From assembly GCA_050633245.1 (NCBI GenBank), contig JBOEGD010000001.1, forward strand, positions 192,001 through 256,000: a DNA stretch of 64,000 nt, given 5' to 3'. This document shows positions 58,052-64,000 of this stretch, piece by piece. The notes beneath the pieces are model-generated. The model searched no databases. It was not told where the DNA came from and saw nothing but the letters and a program-made list of their open reading frames with translations. Origin of the DNA: Calditrichia bacterium (lineage in GTDB: Bacteria; Calditrichota; Calditrichia; RBG-13-44-9; J075). How positions within the stretch are numbered: position 1 is the stretch's first letter; each line of letters begins with the position of its first letter. The position numbers and the translations under genes are program-made.

Positions 58052-59074
58052 TTGAAAAAAACGAGTCGAAATACCTTTGATCACATGATTGTTGGCGAAT
58101 CGCGTGCCATAAGAGACGTTATTTCTAAAGCGAAACAGCTTGCTGTACGTGGAACGGTTACTACACTTATTACCGGTGAAAGCGGTACGGGTAAGGAACT
58201 TTTTGCCCGTCTTATTCACGCTGCCGGCCCCCACGCGCATCAACCGTTTGTAGACATTAACTGTGGCGCTATTCCGGAGTCTTTGCTGGAGTCTGAACTC
58301 TTTGGTTATGAAAAAGGCGCGTTTACCGGGGCGGAAAACCGCAAGCCGGGTCTCTTTGAACTCGCGAATAAGGGCACTATTTTTCTAGACGAAATTGGTA
58401 ATACGAATCTGACTTTTCAAATAAAGTTGCTTAAGGCCGTTGAGCAAAAGCGCTTTCGTCGAATTGGGGGAATTGATGAGGTTCAGATTACCACAAGAAT
58501 TATTGCTGCGACGAATGTTGATTTACAGAAAGCTGTCAGTTCCGGAAAGTTTCGTGAAGATCTTTACTATCGTTTGAATGTCTGTGAGGTAAAGCTCCCG
58601 CCTCTGCGTGAACGGAGTGACGATTCCGCTTTAATCGCTTCGCATCTTCTTGAGCACTTTCGCGTACAATACGATCGACAGAACCTGGAGTTTAGTGAAG
58701 ATGCCCTTGAAGCTATCCGCGATTATCATTGGCCGGGCAATGTGCGACAATTGAAAAACAGCATAGAAAGAACGGTCCTTCAGAGCAATGATAGTGTTAT
58801 TACGGCTGAGGAGCTGGCCTTGCAAGGGAAGCGCAAAGATCGATCGCCTAAACAACCAGCTGTTGATACGAAGACATCTCGCCAAGACCCTCCCTGGACA
58901 ATACCTGATGAAGGGATTTCACTGGAAGATGTTGAAAGGAAGCTGATTTTAAGTGCGCTGAATAAGTGCTCCGGGAACCTCAGCAAGGCTGCACGCTTAT
59001 TGCATATTAAACGTGGAAAACTCCGCTATCGCCTCGATAAACTTTGTATCGATTATTCTAACGAGTTGGCCTGA
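58052..59074 (+). CDS. Sigma-54 enhancer-binding protein lacking an N-terminal regulatory domain
   Basis: GESGTGKE, ESELFGYEKGAFTGA, FLDEI, FREDLYYRL, WPGNVRQL, Fis-type HTH; the AAA+ domain starts about 10 residues after the start. Confidence 0.9.
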   Translation: MKKTSRNTFDHMIVGESRAIRDVISKAKQLAVRGTVTTLITGESGTGKELFARLIHAAGPHAHQPFVDINCGAIPESLLESELFGYEKGAFTGAENRKPGLFELANKGTIFLDEIGNTNLTFQIKLLKAVEQKRFRRIGGIDEVQITTRIIAATNVDLQKAVSSGKFREDLYYRLNVCEVKLPPLRERSDDSALIASHLLEHFRVQYDRQNLEFSEDALEAIRDYHWPGNVRQLKNSIERTVLQSNDSVITAEELALQGKRKDRSPKQPAVDTKTSRQDPPWTIPDEGISLEDVERKLILSALNKCSGNLSKAARLLHIKRGKLRYRLDKLCIDYSNELA

Positions 59075-59230
59075 TTATCATTCTCCATCCAGGCCTGACA
59101 ATTTTTTTGAACCCTTCTTTCTACATATGTATTTTTGTCTTTCGTTCTGTATCGATCCTGAATTTCTTGCATCTAATAATTGATATCCCTACGTATTTAT
59201 TGCATATTACGGTTAAACCGGAAAACACTT

Positions 59231-61174
59231 ATGGCATATGTAAATCCACGTATTACTCAACTCGGCGCAACGCTCGAATCGTATACCGATCCGTCCAACG
59301 AACGGGTAGATACGCTGAACGACCTTGCCTGGGAACTTTGGACAACCCAGCCTGAGAGAGCCACTGAGTTGACTCACGAAGCATCCGCCCTGGCGGAGAA
59401 GCTGGACTATCCGCGTGGAAAGGCTTATGCCAAGGTCAACCGGGGAATGCTGGAGTGGCGTACCAATATTGCAGGTTCTCTTGAGCTGTTTGCGGAAGCA
59501 TTGGTTTGGTTCGAGGAACATGATGAACCGGTTGGCGCTGCAAACGTTCTGAACTTTATTGCCATTATTTATTGGGGCATCGGTGACCTGCAGCGCGGAC
59601 TCGATCATAGTTTAAAATCGCTTAAGCTGCATAAGACGGTTGATGATCCTGAAGGAAGTGGATGGACACATCAGACCCTGAGTGGGTTTCATCTTGATTT
59701 GAAGCAGTATGAACAGGCGAAAGAATATGCCACCAAGGCATACGAGATTTTTAAAGGATGTGAAAATAAGTTGGGCGAAGCTCGTGCTCTGAATGGGATG
59801 GGTAATGCTCTGCTTCATTTGGGCGATTGTAAAAAGGCGCTCGAATATCTGGAAGAAAGTTTAAGGCAATCCCGCGAGATGGAGCATGAGTTCTCTATTT
59901 CCAGAGCCCTTAACGATATCGGTTTGGTTTATCAGAAGCGGAGTGATTATGCCGGCGCGCTGCCGTTTCATCAGGAAAGCTTGCGGTTACGCGAAGAGCT
60001 GGATTATCCGACCGGACAAACAACTTCGCTACTCGATCTGGCCAATGCCTATGTTAATGTCGGCGAAACCGAAAAGGGAATTGCGGCAATTGAGCGATCA
60101 ATGAGTCTGGCAAAGGAAATTAATGCCAAGCCCAAGATCGCAAGAGGCCATATGGCACTTGCGATGATTTACGAAAACCTCGGTAGTTTTGAGCAGGCAT
60201 TGGAGCATTTCAAGCAACACTTCGAGCTTGAGCAATCCATCTTCAGTGAAGATGCTGAACGCAAGATGAAAAACATGCAGGCCGTTTTTGAGCGAGAAGC
60301 GACTCAAAAAGAAGCCGAGATCTTTCGCTTGAAGAATGTTGAGTTAAAGGAAAAAAATGAACAGCTTCAGCATACGCTTGAGGAGCTTAATTCTACGCAA
60401 GCCCAGCTGCTTCAGGCTGGTAAAATGATGGCTCTGGGTAATCTGGTCGCTGGTATTGCTCATGAAATAAATACGCCGATCGGCACTATCAAAAGCGGAG
60501 CCGACCTGGCTTCCCGCGTAGCGGGCAAACTTCTGAAATCTCTTGATGGCGATTCGGATGAGGCTGCTGTAAACAAAGAGCTGAATAAAACGCTTCCCCT
60601 GCTGCAAAGTAGTACCGAAAATACTTTTCTTGCCGTTGAGCGCATTATGAAAATAGTGAATGGACTAAAAAACTTCGCTCGCCTTGATGAAGCAGAGTTT
60701 CAGCTGGCTGATATTACCGAAGGACTAGAAAGTACGCTTCTGCTTATTGCACATGAAATTCCTGCGACAGTTAAGGTAGATTTACAATACGCTGATTTAC
60801 CGAAAATCTATTGTTTCCCTACCGAGTTGAATCAGGTTTTCATGAACATCATTCTAAATGCACTCCAAGCAATGCGCAATGGTGGAACGCTTACCATTCG
60901 CACTGAACAATCTGCTGAACATATACTCATTTCCATCTGTGATACCGGTGTTGGCATTGCTGAAGAGAACTTGAAATCTCTTTTTGAGCCCGGCTTTTCC
61001 TCCGGTGCCAGCCGTATGAAGATGAAAACCGGTCTTTACACCAGTTATGGCATTGTCGCCCGGCACCGAGGCGATATTCAGGTTGAGAGTACTATCGGAC
61101 GTGGGACAAAGTTTTCCATCACGATTGCTACGGATCTGCAAAATTATATGTCGCCGCTCTCCAGTGCATCCTAG
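59231..61174 (+). CDS. TPR-containing soluble histidine kinase
   Basis: N-terminal TPR array; AHEINTP, LNQVFMNIILNA, DTGVGI; atypical G2 region. Confidence 0.87.
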   Translation: MAYVNPRITQLGATLESYTDPSNERVDTLNDLAWELWTTQPERATELTHEASALAEKLDYPRGKAYAKVNRGMLEWRTNIAGSLELFAEALVWFEEHDEPVGAANVLNFIAIIYWGIGDLQRGLDHSLKSLKLHKTVDDPEGSGWTHQTLSGFHLDLKQYEQAKEYATKAYEIFKGCENKLGEARALNGMGNALLHLGDCKKALEYLEESLRQSREMEHEFSISRALNDIGLVYQKRSDYAGALPFHQESLRLREELDYPTGQTTSLLDLANAYVNVGETEKGIAAIERSMSLAKEINAKPKIARGHMALAMIYENLGSFEQALEHFKQHFELEQSIFSEDAERKMKNMQAVFEREATQKEAEIFRLKNVELKEKNEQLQHTLEELNSTQAQLLQAGKMMALGNLVAGIAHEINTPIGTIKSGADLASRVAGKLLKSLDGDSDEAAVNKELNKTLPLLQSSTENTFLAVERIMKIVNGLKNFARLDEAEFQLADITEGLESTLLLIAHEIPATVKVDLQYADLPKIYCFPTELNQVFMNIILNALQAMRNGGTLTIRTEQSAEHILISICDTGVGIAEENLKSLFEPGFSSGASRMKMKTGLYTSYGIVARHRGDIQVESTIGRGTKFSITIATDLQNYMSPLSSAS

Positions 61175-61269
61175 TAGGCTTATCGGCGTTCAATATTAGA
61201 GCTCTGCCTGCACTTTCCCGCACCGAATGAATCTATTCTGCTTAAAAAACATTTTCCGGAGTATTAAAA

Positions 61270-61848
61270 ATGAATGACCTTTACCGCAACAATTTCATTC
61301 TGTTTCTACTGCTCACGCTTATCTCCAGCGTGTTTGGTGGGGATAAAAAACCGACGATTTTAATTACGTATTATTCTGCAAGTGGTAATACCGAGAAGAT
61401 GGCCAACGCTGTTTTTGAGGCTGCTTCAGAAAACGATAGTGTCGCTGTCGTGTTGAAAACGGTAAGTGAAGTAACAAAGCAAGATGTAGAATCAGCAGAT
61501 GGCATTATCATTGGATCACCAACATACTATGCAAACATGGCGGCTCCGGTCAAGGCTTTTATTGATGGCTGGTTCGAGCAAAAAGTTGTTCTGTTCGATA
61601 AGGTTGGTGGTGCATTTGCCACTGGCGGAGGACGCACGGCCGGTCGTGAATTTGTTGTAGCTTCACTACTATTGGCTATGCTCAATAATGGAATGATTGT
61701 GGCGGGCCCACATTATGAAAGCTGGGGAACGTTTGGAGCATCTGCTATAACTGCGCCTCCGGATGAGGGGGTCAATGACAGTGAGCTGGATGATGCTCGG
61801 CGCCTTGGAAGCAGGATCGCCGATTTGGTCTTAAAAATGACGGACTAG
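61270..61848 (+). CDS. Flavodoxin/WrbA-like FMN-binding protein with signal peptide
   Basis: YYSASGNTEKMA, IIGSPTYY, KVGGAFATGG. Confidence 0.85.
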   Translation: MNDLYRNNFILFLLLTLISSVFGGDKKPTILITYYSASGNTEKMANAVFEAASENDSVAVVLKTVSEVTKQDVESADGIIIGSPTYYANMAAPVKAFIDGWFEQKVVLFDKVGGAFATGGGRTAGREFVVASLLLAMLNNGMIVAGPHYESWGTFGASAITAPPDEGVNDSELDDARRLGSRIADLVLKMTD

Positions 61849-62417
61849 CGGATTCCCGCGGTTTGCATTAGCTCTGCGCGCTTATCATGAATCTCTTTAT
61901 TCTCAGGCATAATTTGCAGAGCACTTTCATATTTCTCAATGGCGCGAGAGAGTCTGCCTCGTCGTTCATCTCTTTTGGCCTGCTCAGTATAGTGTTGAAT
62001 CATCGATTCTTTAAGCAGCAGTGCCGTTGTATTATCCGGGTCAATCTGCAGAATCTGTAGCGTGTAACCCGTGGCATTATCTTCTTCCGGAGTCAAAAAG
62101 TTCTTATCCTCGAACGCTGTTAGCGCCTTTTCCAACAATCCTTCAATTCGCTTTTGGTTTTGAAGATTTTCTTCAATTGCAGCCAAACGTTGTTGTGCAA
62201 GTCCTTTTGCAACCTCATCCGCCTCGTCCTGTGAAAGAAAAAGCTGATAGTATTTCAGAGCACTGATATATTTTTTCTGATTATACAGCTCTTCAGCTCG
62301 CGTAAATATAACATCGACAGTAGACTTATTGTCTGAGCTGATGTAGGCGTAGCCGAGGGTGCCGATTACGGACAACATTAAGAAAATTATAATTAGAAAA
62401 ATCCACTTCTTGTTCAT
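61845..62417 (-). CDS. Membrane-anchored TPR-like hypothetical protein
   Basis: GGAG SD; N-terminal TM; AEELYNQKKYISAL, LTPEEDNA..Y..ILQIDPDN, AIEKYESALQIMPEN. Confidence 0.7.
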   Translation of the reverse strand: MNKKWIFLIIIFLMLSVIGTLGYAYISSDNKSTVDVIFTRAEELYNQKKYISALKYYQLFLSQDEADEVAKGLAQQRLAAIEENLQNQKRIEGLLEKALTAFEDKNFLTPEEDNATGYTLQILQIDPDNTTALLLKESMIQHYTEQAKRDERRGRLSRAIEKYESALQIMPENKEIHDKRAELMQTAGIR

Positions 62418-62670
62418 GGATGTTCTCCAGATGCAAATCATTGAGTTATTGGAATTTGGACAAAGCTGACTTCCCACCTCTACGGTGAGTACTAATGCAG
62501 CTTGCTGATAGGATTATCAAGATCGATTGCTAAATCGTAGTAAGAAACAACAATATCGTTGCTCAGAATGTGCTGATCCGCATAGAAATTCGAACTTCTT
62601 TTTAGAAGCGAAGTCTGCACCAGTCCATTTCGATATTTGATTTATTGAACCAGCCATCATAACTTGTCTT

Positions 62671-64000
62671 ATGCAAACGGCAATCCGACTTATTTTCCAT
62701 GTTGCGCTTTATGCGGGACTTCTCTTTTCGCTTACAGGATGCGATAATGGAACGAAGCCCGGTGGCTATAATGTGGTTCTTACGCCACAGGTTGAAGTCG
62801 ACTTACCACAGATCATCGAGCGTGATACGCTGGTTGCTTTGGTATCATATAACTCTAATAGCTTTTATATCTATAAGGGCCAAACAAAGGGATTTGAATA
62901 CGAGTTGCTTAAGCTTTTGGCACAGCATCTGAATGTTGAGCTAAAGGTGCAGGTTGTTCGGGATTTGAATACTGTCTTTGATCGTCTGAATTTGGGAGAT
63001 GGCGATCTGGTTGCCCATAATCTGGCCAGTACGAAAGAACGTCGCCAGCTGGTGAGCTTCACCGATTACTATACCAATGTGCCGCAGGTTTTGGTTCAGC
63101 GGGTACCGAAGAACTGGCGCAAAATGAAACTACATGAGATTGATCAGTCGATGTTACGGTATCCGATTGAGCTAATTGGCAAGCAAATTCATGTTCGTGG
63201 AGGCTCGGCATACTTTTCTCGCCTTAAAAGTCTTTCTGAAGAAATTGGTGGTGATATTGATATTGTTGAGGTGGCGGGAAATATCTCGACGGACGAGCTG
63301 ATTGCAATGGTTTCCTCCGGAGAAATTGATTATACTGTTGCCGACCAAAACATCGCGCGTATCAATCAAGCGTATTATTCCAACATCCATATAAAAATGC
63401 CGGTGAGTCTACCGCAGCCCGGCGCATGGGCCGTTCGGAAAAACTCTCCCGAGCTGCTAAATGAGATCAATCTATGGCTAAAGAGTCTGCGAAAAACGCC
63501 CACCTTTAACGTGCTCTTTAATCGCTATTATCGCAATAAACGCTATTTCAGACAACGCTCTAACAGTGATTACTTCTCCATTACCGGTGCCAAGATTTCC
63601 AGTTTTGACGATCTTATTCAGCAATACGCAGAGCAGTTAGGGTGGGACTGGCGTTTACTTGCAGCACAGATTTACCAGGAATCACAGTTCAATCCACGAG
63701 CGCGTTCTTGGATGGGAGCGACTGGATTGATGCAGCTAATGCCGGAAACTGCCGAGCAATACGGCGCACGAGACGCGATGAATCCTGAACAAAATATTGC
63801 AGCCGGAGTAAAATATCTGAAGTGGCTGGGTGGCTTTTGGGATTCAATTCCCGACTCATCCGACCGTCTGAAGTTCATCTTAGCTTCCTATAATGCCGGT
63901 CAGGGACATCTGCTTGATGCACAGCGCCTGTCAAAAAAATACGGCAAAAACCCACTCATATGGGAAGATAATGTTGCTTTCTATCTGCTAAAAAAATCTC
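62671..64000 (+). CDS. mltF: Membrane-bound lytic murein transglycosylase F-like lipoprotein (3' truncated by window)
   Basis: Not in the ORF track because it has no stop in the window. MQTAIRL...LTGC lipobox; SBP-like GFEYELLK; SLT motifs YQESQFNP, GATGLMQLMP, ASYNAG. Confidence 0.88.
   Translation, partial: MQTAIRLIFHVALYAGLLFSLTGCDNGTKPGGYNVVLTPQVEVDLPQIIERDTLVALVSYNSNSFYIYKGQTKGFEYELLKLLAQHLNVELKVQVVRDLNTVFDRLNLGDGDLVAHNLASTKERRQLVSFTDYYTNVPQVLVQRVPKNWRKMKLHEIDQSMLRYPIELIGKQIHVRGGSAYFSRLKSLSEEIGGDIDIVEVAGNISTDELIAMVSSGEIDYTVADQNIARINQAYYSNIHIKMPVSLPQPGAWAVRKNSPELLNEINLWLKSLRKTPTFNVLFNRYYRNKRYFRQRSNSDYFSITGAKISSFDDLIQQYAEQLGWDWRLLAAQIYQESQFNPRARSWMGATGLMQLMPETAEQYGARDAMNPEQNIAAGVKYLKWLGGFWDSIPDSSDRLKFILASYNAGQGHLLDAQRLSKKYGKNPLIWEDNVAFYLLKKS

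Noticed and set aside
57957-58052. Frameshifted receiver domain of the bEBP (pseudogene)
   Set aside because: Only about 95 bp separate oppC from the bEBP, too short for a REC domain, and no remnant is visible.
57551-58243. 230-aa minus-strand ORF
   Set aside because: Antisense shadow of oppC and the bEBP, with no recognisable motifs; the same applies to most short overlapping ORFs in the track.

Overview
Bacterial chromosomal window. The NYPNPFNP-type C-terminal secretion domains, classical Shine-Dalgarno sites and sigma-54 promoters suggest an FCB-group lineage such as KSB1 or Calditrichota (inference only). Layout: (1) 0.75-19.4 kb, a Wzx/Wzy-type exopolysaccharide operon (Wza, Wzc, a priming transferase with a degenerate GGDEF-like N-terminus, amino-sugar enzymes, glycosyltransferases, flippase, polymerase) with an embedded single-module NRPS predicted to activate glycine and carrying a non-canonical TE; (2) 19.4-25.1 kb, secreted/redox genes, two with sigma-54 promoters and apparently complementary halves of an FN3 domain; (3) 25.2-37.2 kb, a split SOS-type mutagenesis cassette (small protein, dinB, dnaE2) with matching GTGAAC-N4-GTTCAC-like operators, interleaved with an ECF sigma/anti-sigma/DUF4097 operon and a four-helix-bundle gene; heptamer tandem repeats are scattered through this block, and one lies inside the dinB reading frame; (4) 37-46.8 kb, assorted regulators and secreted proteins (AraC, Crp, BlaI/BlaR1-TonB); (5) 46.9-62.4 kb, a signalling island: a sigma-54-driven ZU5-like lipoprotein ending in HF-SRYALSRG, divergent from an operon encoding a Ser/Thr kinase-STAND-TPR protein, a sensorless histidine kinase, Zn-ribbon-TPR, Zn-ribbon-FHA, an Opp-type peptide importer and a sigma-54 activator with no input domain. 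This island is the best candidate for an undescribed system, possibly a peptide-signalling loop; (6) a partial mltF at the right edge. No rRNA, tRNA, CRISPR array or transposase was recognised. All calls come from reading motifs by eye; no database searches were run.
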